Assembly (NCBI GenBank): GCA_963714095.1
Contig: OY970230.1
Coordinates: 596,084 to 660,083 of the forward strand
Reading direction: 5' to 3'
Length of the DNA stretch: 64,000 nucleotides
DNA from: Candidatus Gottesmanbacteria bacterium
Lineage (GTDB): Bacteria > Patescibacteriota > Microgenomatia > UBA10105 > UBA927
The notes under the pieces are model-generated. The model searched no databases, was not told the DNA's origin, and saw only the letters and a list, made by a program, of their open reading frames with translations. Of this stretch, positions 46,603 to 56,726 are shown piece by piece (position 1 is the stretch's first letter; every line of letters begins with the position of its first letter). Both the position numbers and the translations under genes were made by a program.

Positions 46603-47081
46603 TTTTTATTACTGTTGGTACCACACCATTCCCCTTCTTTCGTATGGACGGGGTGGTGCAATCATTAATTGCCGCACGGAAAAACAATGAAAAGATTGTT
46701 TATCAATATGGGGTTACAACTCACGTGAAACAAGCAACGAATGTATTCCTTTATACTATTTTACCGTACCAAATAACTCAGCGGTATATTCATCAAGCCC
46801 GCATGGTTATTTCTCATGGCGGGCCCGCCACAATATACCAGGTGCTTGCATCAGGAAAGACTCCTTATGTAATTCCAAGAGAGAGCCGATATGGTGAACA
46901 TGTAAATAACCATCAGGTATTTTTCTGTAAATTTTTATATAAACGGCACCTCGTTCTCAGGAGTTCAACAGTGAGTACCGTGTTACAAAACACTGAAACC
47001 ATTAGAACAAATTTACGCATCTTACCACAAATAAAGCCAAGATTAATCAACTATCTTATTGATGTATCTGCAACACATTAA
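46599..47081 (+). CDS. PssE/Cps14G (Alg13-like) glycosyltransferase subunit
   Basis: MIFITVGT, ISHGGPATI, IPR...GEHVNNHQ. Confidence 0.88.
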   Translation: MIFITVGTTPFPFFRMDGVVQSLIAARKNNEKIVYQYGVTTHVKQATNVFLYTILPYQITQRYIHQARMVISHGGPATIYQVLASGKTPYVIPRESRYGEHVNNHQVFFCKFLYKRHLVLRSSTVSTVLQNTETIRTNLRILPQIKPRLINYLIDVSATH

Positions 47082-47083
47082 GT

Positions 47084-48493
47084 ATGCACCTCAATTTTAA
47101 ATTGGTACGCACAATAATTATAGGCATAAGTATTATTGTCATAATTATTGGAATATTTGCGCGTTTTTTTAGACTTTCGATAGGTTCATATTGGTTTGAT
47201 GAGATTGCGACACTTGATTTTGCCCAAAGGCCTATTATTCCGCTCATGACAGGAGCGTATTTTGAACCAGGGAAATCCCCGCTGCATTATATATTTTTTG
47301 CATTCTGGGTTTTTTTCTTTGGCTCATCAGAGGGGACTACAAGAATTTTGAGCGCAATAGTCGGAAGCGTGAGTGTCGTTTTGTTTTACATATACACGTC
47401 AAGACGTTTTAAAATATTAACGGCGCTTGTTGGGACAGCGCTTTTTTCTATTTCCTGGCTTCATATATGGGGTTCTCGGGAAGTCCGATACTATGCATTT
47501 TTGCTGCTTTTTAGCCTGATAGCGACAATAGTGTTTAACCTGGGGTTATCTAATAAACGGCAAATAATTATATATATCGCGTCGTGTATTCTTGGTTTAT
47601 ATACCCACATTATTTTTGTAATCCTTCTTATTTCTCATTTTTTGACAAGCTTGATTATCAGAAGGTTTCATAAATTTAATTTATATGTATTTATTCTCCC
47701 CCTCATTGCATACATTCCATATATATATCAGCTCTATTATTATCTGAACCGGCAGAATAATACATCTACAATCAACAGCAATACCATGGGTCAGTTGATG
47801 ACGCAGTTGGGAAGAGCACCAATGAATATACATGAACTTCTTATGGCTTTCGCCGGCGAAAACTCATTCGGTATGGAGTGGTTATTTGGAGCCTTGGTAT
47901 TGATATTATCCGTGTTTTTATTTCGTAATAAAAAAGTGTTTATACGGTATTGCGTCACTATTGTTTCCACATTTGCGCTCATTGTTTTAAGTACAGTGTG
48001 GCCGATAAACACTTTAGTCCCGAGTTTATATTACCTGTATTATTTAACACCGTCGGTCTTTATTTTGCTCTGTATACTTATCGATAACGCGGCACGTTGG
48101 TATTACGTGGCACTGATCACGGCGGCAATTTGTATTTTTTGTTATTTCAATATTAAATATATCGCGTCGTTTGACGACAACTTTAACACGTGGCGATATC
48201 AGGATTTATCTGTCTTTGTTCAATCGTTGCCGGACGGGTCAAACATATATTTTTCAAGCTGTGGAGATTTATATATGACACAGTATTACGATCATAAACA
48301 ATTGTACGATAACATCACGTGCGAAAATACGGGTGTGATAAATGGGAGTAATTTGTTTTCATTCTGGTATGTTGCCCCGATGTGGGATCCTTTTTGGAGA
48401 AATTTTGCTAACAGGTTTAATAATAGAATGTTAAAACTAGATACGAATCAACAGTTTGGGCTAATAATAGTACGGAAGTATAAACAGAGATGA
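47084..48493 (+). CDS. GT-C fold (GT39/PMT-like) glycosyltransferase
   Basis: SYWFDE, PLHY, FGSSEGTTRILS, SREVRYYA, LYTH. Confidence 0.8.
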   Translation: MHLNFKLVRTIIIGISIIVIIIGIFARFFRLSIGSYWFDEIATLDFAQRPIIPLMTGAYFEPGKSPLHYIFFAFWVFFFGSSEGTTRILSAIVGSVSVVLFYIYTSRRFKILTALVGTALFSISWLHIWGSREVRYYAFLLLFSLIATIVFNLGLSNKRQIIIYIASCILGLYTHIIFVILLISHFLTSLIIRRFHKFNLYVFILPLIAYIPYIYQLYYYLNRQNNTSTINSNTMGQLMTQLGRAPMNIHELLMAFAGENSFGMEWLFGALVLILSVFLFRNKKVFIRYCVTIVSTFALIVLSTVWPINTLVPSLYYLYYLTPSVFILLCILIDNAARWYYVALITAAICIFCYFNIKYIASFDDNFNTWRYQDLSVFVQSLPDGSNIYFSSCGDLYMTQYYDHKQLYDNITCENTGVINGSNLFSFWYVAPMWDPFWRNFANRFNNRMLKLDTNQQFGLIIVRKYKQR

Positions 48494-48555
48494 AAAACAA
48501 CCCGTTGCCCGCAAGTGCGTTTTTAGCAGTTTCCCTTACGTGTTATTTATGTTGA
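48490..48555 (+). pseudogene. Vestigial 5' stub of the radical SAM gene
   Basis: Encodes MKNNPLPASAFLAVSLTCYLC*, matching MPSSAFLAVTLLC at 50092; 19-bp exact repeat 48512-48530 / 50099-50117. Confidence 0.7.
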
Positions 48556-48557
48556 CC

Positions 48558-50048
48558 ATGAAATCTGAACGATTAGAACGATACAAGAGCTTCATTAACC
48601 GTTTTTTTGTACCATTTTTGTTTTATATATTACTCATGACAGGGGTCTTTTTACGCGTGTATCACCTCGGAAAAGAATCTTTTTGGTTTGATGAGGTTGC
48701 GTCGTTAAGAGTTGCACAATTACCTTTTAATATTATTATGCGTAATAATTATACTTATATAGATTATGCGAACCCGCCGTTATATTTTATTTTTTTACGC
48801 GCGTATACATTATTCATTCATTCGCACGGATTTCTCAATGAGTTTACCGCCAGATACCCGTCATTTATTTTCGGATCAGCCGGAATTTTTGCCTTTTACG
48901 TATTAGTTAGAAAAGCAATTAGATCCGTCCCAGCTCAAATATTTTCCTTTGTTCTGTTTTTAGCCTCAGCACCGCTTATTCGGTATTCTCAGATAGTCAA
49001 GTGCTATTCGTTAGAAGTATTGTTTGTTGTCGGGCTATTTATTTTTTGTCATCTCTATTTTAAATACGATTCTCATGTATGGCCACTATACGGAATTGGC
49101 ATATTCTCTGTATGTCTTTTGTATACCCACTACTCTTCCTTCGTCCTTTTGTGTTTGTTATTTATATCATTGTTTACAATGACATTTATTTATGGGAGAA
49201 ACGGGCATAAACGTGCGTATCTTATGCTAACAATATGTTGCATTGCGCTGGCCTTTTCTCCGCAAGTTTTTGGTTATTTTAAACCCATGTTTTTTTCACC
49301 AAATCAATTTTTTGGTCAATTTAGTCTCGCTGATACACAAAGATTCAATTGGGAAATACTCCTCAGGTCATTTTTTAATAGCGACTTACAATTAGCTAAC
49401 CCGTTTATATATATAAGTTTTATTGCAATATGTGTCAGCGCGTGTTTGATATATTGGTATACTTTATTTGTAAACGCAAACAGGAGGAAGCAAAATTCTT
49501 TTAACGTCTTTATTAATATAGTGATGGCACTATTTATAGTATTAATAGTGTGCACTCCGATTAATAAAGTGTTGACCCAACCGTATTACTATTTATTTAT
49601 CATAGCACCTTTATATTTATGGTTAGGAATGCTTCTGGACAATAAACCGGTATTTGCAATTTTTGCGATACTATTGTGGATTTATATAACAATCCCCAAT
49701 ATGCAGGATTATTATAATAATTATCAAATTACACAGTTCAGAGATGCAATTAATGACGTAAACAGAATGAATAAGGCTATACAGGGCAATATTATTATTA
49801 GCCCGTGTTTTTACCATGATATTTTTTCTTATTATTATCCAAATTTTTCATATTATTGTTTGAATAATTTAGGGAACCAGATTGGGTCTCATATTTATTA
49901 CATACAAAACAGCGAAGAAGGGCGACTTAATACACCAGAGGAACTATCTGTCCGAGAAACCCTCGATAATAGGGGTTATTTTGTGGTATTAAAACATGAA
50001 TTTAATCAAATCGACGTGTATGAAATGCAACGGCAAGATAGACTCTAG
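48558..50048 (+). CDS. GT-C fold (GT39/PMT-like) glycosyltransferase, paralog of 47084-48493
   Basis: ESFWFDE, NPPLYF, NEFTARYPS, YSQIVKCYS, LYTHY. Confidence 0.8.
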   Translation: MKSERLERYKSFINRFFVPFLFYILLMTGVFLRVYHLGKESFWFDEVASLRVAQLPFNIIMRNNYTYIDYANPPLYFIFLRAYTLFIHSHGFLNEFTARYPSFIFGSAGIFAFYVLVRKAIRSVPAQIFSFVLFLASAPLIRYSQIVKCYSLEVLFVVGLFIFCHLYFKYDSHVWPLYGIGIFSVCLLYTHYSSFVLLCLLFISLFTMTFIYGRNGHKRAYLMLTICCIALAFSPQVFGYFKPMFFSPNQFFGQFSLADTQRFNWEILLRSFFNSDLQLANPFIYISFIAICVSACLIYWYTLFVNANRRKQNSFNVFINIVMALFIVLIVCTPINKVLTQPYYYLFIIAPLYLWLGMLLDNKPVFAIFAILLWIYITIPNMQDYYNNYQITQFRDAINDVNRMNKAIQGNIIISPCFYHDIFSYYYPNFSYYCLNNLGNQIGSHIYYIQNSEEGRLNTPEELSVRETLDNRGYFVVLKHEFNQIDVYEMQRQDRL

Positions 50049-50070
50049 ATAGAAATGTATAATTAACAGT

Positions 50071-51066
50071 ATGTCTCACACGCAATTAAAAATGCCCTCA
50101 AGTGCGTTTTTAGCAGTGACGCTTCTTTGTAATGCGCGCTGCGTGATGTGTGATATATGGAAAAACCGCGGAATGGATTTTACTCCGCTCGATGTTTACA
50201 CAAAGCTTCCTTCATCTCTGGAGATGATTGATTTAACCGGAGGGGAACCCTTTCTGCGGCCCGACATGGCGGATGTCGTTCGGATAGTTCGCAAGGCGTG
50301 TCCCAAGGCGCGTATTCTCATCACAACGAATGGTTTTTTGCATCACAGTATAGAAAAACAAATTGGCGATATCCTTTTGGCTGATCCTAAAATTGTCTTT
50401 CGTATTTCTATGGATGGCGGAAGACAAATGCATGAGAAGGTACGGCGGGTTCCACAGGCATTTGAAAAGGTCGTGCATACAATATCAATGTTTAAGCAAA
50501 AAGGAGTTGCTGATATAGGTATTATTTATACGCTTATGAAGCAAAACAGGCACGAGTTGAAAGATGTGTACCGGTATACCAAAGAGCAGCATGTTAATTT
50601 TTCTCTCAACGTTGTCCACGACTCCCCTGTGTATTTCGGGAACCAAAAAACGCAGCTCAGACCCAAGCCCCAGGAAGTAAAGGAGCATTTTGAGTGGCTA
50701 TTTAAACAGCAAATGAGATCAATCAATCCCAAAAATTGGGCAAAAGCATGGTTTAATAAACAATCGTATTATTATATGATGACGCACCGCCGCCCGCTCC
50801 CCTGTGGAGCAGGAGAGAACTTTTTTTATATGGATCCGTTTGCCAACATATTCATGTGTCATTTAAAAAATTGGCCAATCGGAAATTTGAAAACTCAGAC
50901 TTTTAAAGAGATTTGGAATGGTGTGCCGAAGCAAAAATTTCTATCCAGCGCACGCTCGTGCAACGACTGTTGGATTGTCTGTACTGCTAAAGACTCTATA
51001 AAACAACACAAGGCTCGTGTTATTGCTGACCTGGTAAAAACCATTCCTGGGGCAATTTTAGGATAA
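50071..51066 (+). CDS. Radical SAM/SPASM-domain protein
   Basis: CNARCVMC, TGGEP, TTNG, ISMDG, C-terminal CGAG...C...CNDCW..C. Confidence 0.9.
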   Translation: MSHTQLKMPSSAFLAVTLLCNARCVMCDIWKNRGMDFTPLDVYTKLPSSLEMIDLTGGEPFLRPDMADVVRIVRKACPKARILITTNGFLHHSIEKQIGDILLADPKIVFRISMDGGRQMHEKVRRVPQAFEKVVHTISMFKQKGVADIGIIYTLMKQNRHELKDVYRYTKEQHVNFSLNVVHDSPVYFGNQKTQLRPKPQEVKEHFEWLFKQQMRSINPKNWAKAWFNKQSYYYMMTHRRPLPCGAGENFFYMDPFANIFMCHLKNWPIGNLKTQTFKEIWNGVPKQKFLSSARSCNDCWIVCTAKDSIKQHKARVIADLVKTIPGAILG

Positions 51067-51937
51067 ACGCGAATCTTCCAAGCCGGGAAGACCAGGGATA
51101 TGCCCAGAGAACACAGAGACAGAATAATTTTCTGTGAATTCCGTTCAGTTGAGATAGAACGTGCACCCTGTAGCTATGCCACTTTTTTGGATTATACGGC
51201 TGTCGGATTTGTTCTTGCCGTACTCCCCAACAAGAAATCAGGTCCTGAGTCGCATAGCCGGTCATAAAATTTCTTATGAATAACTTGCGATAGCTCGGCG
51301 AATTGTTGTGGGAAACTGTTATGGTTGGATTAAAATATATATTTGATGAAGCGCGGTAAAGTCTCAGGCCCATCTCGACATCTTCGCAGGAAACCAGGAG
51401 CTTGGTGTTAAATTGAAATTGTTTAATAAACCGTGACAAAAATGCCGCGTTTCGAAAATCGATACAAAATCCTGATAAAAGAAGGCCTGTCTTATGCAAA
51501 GAGGAAACTCCTTCGAGAAGCCAGCGGTAATAATATATATTTTCGATACAACTCGGTATATTTGTAGGATTTGTATCATGTGTAAATCCGATAACGCCAA
51601 CCGATGAATACGCACAAAAATGTTTTTGAACCATCCCGATCCATTGTTTATCGGCAATACAGTCATCATCTATAAAAGCGCAGATTTTTCCCCGCGCCAA
51701 GCTGATGCCTTTATTTCTTCCGAACGGTAAGCCCCTTCGTTTTTCTATAGCATATCTAATTGGTAATGTGGTCTCATATCGGCTGCAAATATTTTTTGTT
51801 TCAGAAGACGGCCCGTTATCCACAATAACAATTTCGAGCGGTTTTACCGTCTGTCTGCATAGCGAAAGGAGACAACGAGATAGTGCAGCCGGTCTGTTCC
51901 TGGTTGATATAAGAACGCTAATGCTCGGGTTGACCAT
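51020..51937 (-). CDS. Glycosyltransferase family 2
   Basis: ISVLISTRNR, IVIVDN, FIDDDC, CEDVEMG; start moved to MVNPS. Confidence 0.87.
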   Translation of the reverse strand: MVNPSISVLISTRNRPAALSRCLLSLCRQTVKPLEIVIVDNGPSSETKNICSRYETTLPIRYAIEKRRGLPFGRNKGISLARGKICAFIDDDCIADKQWIGMVQKHFCAYSSVGVIGFTHDTNPTNIPSCIENIYYYRWLLEGVSSLHKTGLLLSGFCIDFRNAAFLSRFIKQFQFNTKLLVSCEDVEMGLRLYRASSNIYFNPTITVSHNNSPSYRKLFIRNFMTGYATQDLISCWGVRQEQIRQPYNPKKWHSYRVHVLSQLNGIHRKLFCLCVLWAYPWSSRLGRFAFILKLPQEWFLPGQQ

Positions 51938-53114
51938 ATATTTTAAGAAATAAACGCTGGGTAGTTGCCCGGGCGTGATGTTCACGAAGAAACAGCCCTG
52001 CATTTCCGGCAAAACGTATACGAAGTAAGGGATTGCGCATAAGTTTGATAACCTGTGAGGCAAATGTGGCGGGACTATCCGCTCTCAGATAGTGGGTTCC
52101 CGGGACAGCTTCAATTCCTCTCATTCCTACGGAGGTTGAGACAATGGGGACTGAATGCGCAAAAGCAGTCAACGCTTTTATCCTTACTCCCCCGCCGATT
52201 CGAAAGGGCATAACAAAAACTGTTGCACGGTTCAGATACTGTTCTATATTAGTCTTCTTTCCGATAGCACGAATTGCCGCTTGCTGTTTTATTACAGGTG
52301 ATAAGAGTCCGGCCCCGTCACCGACAATGGTGAGCGTTATGGAGGGGTCTTCTTGGTGGAGTAATGGAAATATATCCTGAATAAACCAGGCTATGGCATC
52401 AAAATTCGGTTTCCACCATAGGTTTCCGATGAACAATAATTCTCTCCTGTGACGCAGTTTGCGATATCGGGTAACAGTGTAAAAAGGTGGGGTAATCATA
52501 ATTTTCCCGGGATTAATTCCTATCGAAGTGAGTTCCTCTTTTTCTTTTTGCGAAAGTACGATGATTTGATCAACCCGGCGAAGAATATTTCTTTCATACC
52601 GCGCGAGTGTCATCGCATTATACAGATGAAACAGTTTTTCCTTGATTGGTATATCTGGAGATTGGGATAATCCTTCGGAGAGTTTATATTCGACGTTCTG
52701 TGTAGATAATACCCACAGGAGATTTTTTTCCTTTGGGAAATATTGAGTCATGCCAACGTGATCGACATGGATAACATCAAATTTTTGATGCATTAACAGG
52801 CGGCTCAACGTTTTTTTAAACTGTTGTTCATCAAATAAAGACAGGTAAAATGGCCGTAGACATATGAGTGCGGCAAACATTTCTAATTTCGATTGCTTAT
52901 ACCACTCGCTTCTTTTTTTGGATAGTATGACGTTTACCTCAATTCCGAGTGAGCGTATGGATCGTATGGATGATGCGGCGGGGGGTTTACCCGCTAATGT
53001 AAGTAAATGCACGGAATGTTGTTTAGACAACATTTGGAGCACCTGATATGATACAATTTTTCCGCCGCTATCAAGCGGGTACGGGAATGTTTCTGTAATG
53101 AATAATATATTCAT
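51918..53114 (-). CDS. Glycosyltransferase family 4
   Basis: MNILFIT..FPYPLDSGG, FIGNLWWKPN, PFRIGGGVRIKAL, PIVSTSVG. Confidence 0.88.
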   Translation of the reverse strand: MNILFITETFPYPLDSGGKIVSYQVLQMLSKQHSVHLLTLAGKPPAASSIRSIRSLGIEVNVILSKKRSEWYKQSKLEMFAALICLRPFYLSLFDEQQFKKTLSRLLMHQKFDVIHVDHVGMTQYFPKEKNLLWVLSTQNVEYKLSEGLSQSPDIPIKEKLFHLYNAMTLARYERNILRRVDQIIVLSQKEKEELTSIGINPGKIMITPPFYTVTRYRKLRHRRELLFIGNLWWKPNFDAIAWFIQDIFPLLHQEDPSITLTIVGDGAGLLSPVIKQQAAIRAIGKKTNIEQYLNRATVFVMPFRIGGGVRIKALTAFAHSVPIVSTSVGMRGIEAVPGTHYLRADSPATFASQVIKLMRNPLLRIRFAGNAGLFLREHHARATTQRLFLKIYGQPEH

Positions 53115-53146
53115 GCGCCTGTCAGTGCCTGTCATTTTATAACGCC

Positions 53147-54013
53147 ATGATGCGACAATCAATTACGGTTGCGATTGTAACACGCAACAGAGCGGAAAGT
53201 TTGCGTGAATGTTTGCGATCCCTTGTTGCGCAAACGTTTCATCCCGATAACATTCTTGTAATCAATAATAATTCCAATGACAACACGCACGATGTTATCG
53301 TGTCGTTTTCAGGAGCGCTTCAAATTCGGGAAGTGCTCGAAAAGGCTACGGGCTACCCGGTGGTCTACAATAGAGCTTTAAAAGAAGCAAAAACGCCTTG
53401 GATCGTGTTTATTGATGACGATTGTGTAGCAGGCGCACGGTGGTTTTACTACGTTGTTGCTGCAATACATAAATACCCCCGCGCCGCAGCGATACTTGGT
53501 CCATCGTTTAACTACTATCCTACAAATGTATATGCGTGCGCGTTTCAATTCTCTAATGAATGGTGGCGCCTGCGTTCGATAAAAGGCAATAAAATAGTCA
53601 ATTATGAAGTTCTGGATAGCAGAAATATTATATACAACAATATGCAGCTAAAAAAAGATTCGATTACATTTGATAGTGCATTTACACACGGAGCAGAAGA
53701 TAGCGATCTTGGTATGCAGATTGCACATAACGGACTGGAAGCCGTATACGATAATCGTATGATTATCTACCATAAAGAGCCCACGACGTATAAGGATTAT
53801 AGATATAAGAAACAACGGTATCTGGTGTCGGGATTTGATATTCAAAATAAATGGGGATCAGCGTCGAGGTCCGTCCAGGCTCCCCATTATTATATGCAGA
53901 CAATTCGTCTGTTTACGCGATGCGTTAAACGGCTGGCATATATATATGCAATACAATGTTTTGTCATCGTGCTGACGGATTTCATCTATACAAAAATAAT
54001 ACGTCAACAATAG
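53147..54013 (+). CDS. Glycosyltransferase family 2
   Basis: ITVAIVTRNR, FIDDDC, GAEDSDLG. Confidence 0.87.
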   Translation: MMRQSITVAIVTRNRAESLRECLRSLVAQTFHPDNILVINNNSNDNTHDVIVSFSGALQIREVLEKATGYPVVYNRALKEAKTPWIVFIDDDCVAGARWFYYVVAAIHKYPRAAAILGPSFNYYPTNVYACAFQFSNEWWRLRSIKGNKIVNYEVLDSRNIIYNNMQLKKDSITFDSAFTHGAEDSDLGMQIAHNGLEAVYDNRMIIYHKEPTTYKDYRYKKQRYLVSGFDIQNKWGSASRSVQAPHYYMQTIRLFTRCVKRLAYIYAIQCFVIVLTDFIYTKIIRQQ

Positions 54014-54020
54014 AGATAGA

Positions 54021-56726
54021 TTATTGTTTTACGCCTTCATCAACAATAGAGAAAGCTACGTCAGAGGAAAAAGCCGGCGAATCAACAGCGCCATAATTGC
54101 TTAATTCTTCTTTTGCCAGAATTTTTCCCGTTGACGGATCAATCCATGTGACAATCGGATTGACCCAATCTCTGTATGGCAATAGGAGGGTGGTAGCAGT
54201 TTGCTCATCAGGACTGGCGTAATGATATGCGTAGCCGTAGTAAGCGGTCGGCGTTTCTGCAGCATATGCTCTCACAGCGGCATTTGTCGGTGTAACGGTG
54301 AGCTCATGTATATTTCCTGGCATATTTTTTGTAAAGTTCTGAAAAGTTCTAACCGCGGATCGTTCATCCGGTCCTAAATATATATTTGCATTTTCTTTGT
54401 TAAAGTAGTTCTTTACATTGCTTGTATCCCAGAAGATGACCCCCGCCTCTTCAAAGAAGGACGTCCAGATACGGATACGCATTTGCATAAACGAATTAGA
54501 ACTCCAGTTATATCCCTGATTTCCTACTTCACCAAAAACAGTCGGCTTTCCGAACTTATTTTGATTAATAATGTCTGAGATAGCCAAATCAGTAACAGAT
54601 AAAGGATCTGTTTGATACCAGTGAGGAGACGTGATGTCAATTTCGGGCCGCACGGGCTTTTGCCAGCTTGTAGAGATGAGATGGTGATACGGATCGATAG
54701 CATGAATATAGTTGACTACATAGGCTACCCATGCATCAGGCGCATTCGATTCGTTTAAAAGTTCCCAAACGTCCACATAGGCGCCATAGCGGGCCACAAC
54801 GTAATCCAAATATGGATCGAGGAAGTGAATATCGTTCATCATGGCGGCAAGGTTGGTTTCAGAAGCGACCGGCCCTGTGTTAAATATGGTAAACCATATA
54901 TGGAAGCCGTTTTCTTTTAATTTGTTCATCAGTATGTCAGCCCATATACCTTCACGATCGAGAAATCTTTGCGGAGCGCGGAAATCCTCATTAAAATACC
55001 AGAGGCGGAATGTACAGTTTTCCACTCCCCAACGGAATATGTTAAACCCGGCGCCGTTTTCCCCATACGTTTTAAGGTACGTGTCCAGATTGACTATTTT
55101 GGTGTCTACATAGAGAGAATCCAAATAAAATCCGTCATCATTTGCATCATTAAGGCACGTTTGAATTCCCATGGGCTGAAATAGCTTCCCTCCCGGCAGT
55201 TCCAGGCGGTTTTCGTTATAGGTATTTAGTTGAATAAACCCGTCACTGCTTGAGGGGACAACGGTAAATTTTCCGGATTTTGTATTGATACTGTTCGAAT
55301 ATGCGGAAAGTGTTATGTCCCACAGCCATTCCCCCGCTTCGGGGGGAGTAAACCGGATTTTCCACGTATTTTTGTCATAATAAAATCCAGCCACCTTCAT
55401 AGTAAGGGAATTGTGCCGCAGCGTTGCCGACACGGATGCTTCTAGCCACGGATATTGATATTCACTGGAATTGTACTGAATAGTAAGTTCATACGGATTA
55501 TTTACAGTAGGCCGCGTTGAATCGGCAGAGACTTGAAAGTTTGTCTCCGTGAAGGGGTGACCATCGGTCCGATTGACAGCGTAAAGAGCTCCGTTGCGGT
55601 TAGTAACAAACACTTTATTGTCTACTATGCTCGGCGCCGCGGCAATGCTTGCGTCTGTATGAAATTTCCATATTTCTTTTCCGTCATCAACCCTGAGAGC
55701 ATATAAGAACCCATTTCTTGAGCCTATGTATAATGCATTGTCTTTTACCGCCACGCCCGTATATCCGTCTGTCGGAATTGATTTTTTCCACTTAACGGTA
55801 TGTTTAGGTATGTCGATGGCGTACAGCACGTTTTTTGTGTTTGCTATGAATAAGATGTTGCGGAAGATTGTTGGAGAAGTCCCGACGGACCCGCTTGTTG
55901 CAATTTTCCATAATAGCCGGCCGTTATTTCCATCTAGTGAATACACGTATGAATCTGCTGAGCCGAAATACACAACCCCGTTCTGCTCTGCTGCGGTTCC
56001 TATTATTTTTCCCCGAGTTTTGAATTTCCACCGTTCTTTTCCGGTATTGATATCGACCGCGTAAAAATATCCGTCAAAGCTTCCGACATAGATCGTGTTT
56101 CCTTTAATAACAGGAGTCGCATCAATTCCTCCGCCGGTTTTGAATTTCCACCGTTCTTTTCCGCTTGTTGCATTAATTGCGTAAAGATATGTATCGCGGC
56201 TTCCGAAAAATACGGTATTGTGAAAATATGTCGGAGAGGTTGCCATTGCATAAAAATTTTTAACGCGATATTCCCATCGTTTTTCCCCGTTCGACGTGTT
56301 TAGTGCGTAGAGCCTGCCGTCCGTACTTGTGATATATGCGGTTGTGTCCGTAACTGCAGGGACAAAGGGAACGTCATCCTCTGCAGTAAAAGACCAGAGT
56401 CGTTTTCCCGTGTTTAAATTAACAGCCGTAAGTGCGTTACCGTATAATTCGCCTACATAAATAATGTTATTTTTGATAACCGGAGAAGAGATAAAGTAGC
56501 CATACGTTTGATATTTTGACCAGGAAATATTTTTTTGAGAAGGATTGTCTGCGGTGTAGTCGCCCGTATGTTGATTATCTGCTAAAAATCCGACAGCAGA
56601 TTGCGGCCGTTGAGTATAAAGGTAAACAAAGAAAAGAACGATACAGAAACCAATACCAATAAGTTTGATTATATGCAGCGGGACCCGGAGAGGCTGGATT
56701 TTGGTTTTATTTTTTTTCTGTGGCAT
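54021..56726 (-). CDS. Membrane-anchored PQQ-like beta-propeller + DUF5060-like + clan GH-A glycoside-hydrolase-like protein
   Basis: TM, repeated GS.DG..YA....G...WKF blades, FY...WKIRFTP...GEW, WELLNE, HAIDPYHHL, KPTVFGE. Confidence 0.75.
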   Translation of the reverse strand: MPQKKNKTKIQPLRVPLHIIKLIGIGFCIVLFFVYLYTQRPQSAVGFLADNQHTGDYTADNPSQKNISWSKYQTYGYFISSPVIKNNIIYVGELYGNALTAVNLNTGKRLWSFTAEDDVPFVPAVTDTTAYITSTDGRLYALNTSNGEKRWEYRVKNFYAMATSPTYFHNTVFFGSRDTYLYAINATSGKERWKFKTGGGIDATPVIKGNTIYVGSFDGYFYAVDINTGKERWKFKTRGKIIGTAAEQNGVVYFGSADSYVYSLDGNNGRLLWKIATSGSVGTSPTIFRNILFIANTKNVLYAIDIPKHTVKWKKSIPTDGYTGVAVKDNALYIGSRNGFLYALRVDDGKEIWKFHTDASIAAAPSIVDNKVFVTNRNGALYAVNRTDGHPFTETNFQVSADSTRPTVNNPYELTIQYNSSEYQYPWLEASVSATLRHNSLTMKVAGFYYDKNTWKIRFTPPEAGEWLWDITLSAYSNSINTKSGKFTVVPSSSDGFIQLNTYNENRLELPGGKLFQPMGIQTCLNDANDDGFYLDSLYVDTKIVNLDTYLKTYGENGAGFNIFRWGVENCTFRLWYFNEDFRAPQRFLDREGIWADILMNKLKENGFHIWFTIFNTGPVASETNLAAMMNDIHFLDPYLDYVVARYGAYVDVWELLNESNAPDAWVAYVVNYIHAIDPYHHLISTSWQKPVRPEIDITSPHWYQTDPLSVTDLAISDIINQNKFGKPTVFGEVGNQGYNWSSNSFMQMRIRIWTSFFEEAGVIFWDTSNVKNYFNKENANIYLGPDERSAVRTFQNFTKNMPGNIHELTVTPTNAAVRAYAAETPTAYYGYAYHYASPDEQTATTLLLPYRDWVNPIVTWIDPSTGKILAKEELSNYGAVDSPAFSSDVAFSIVDEGVKQ

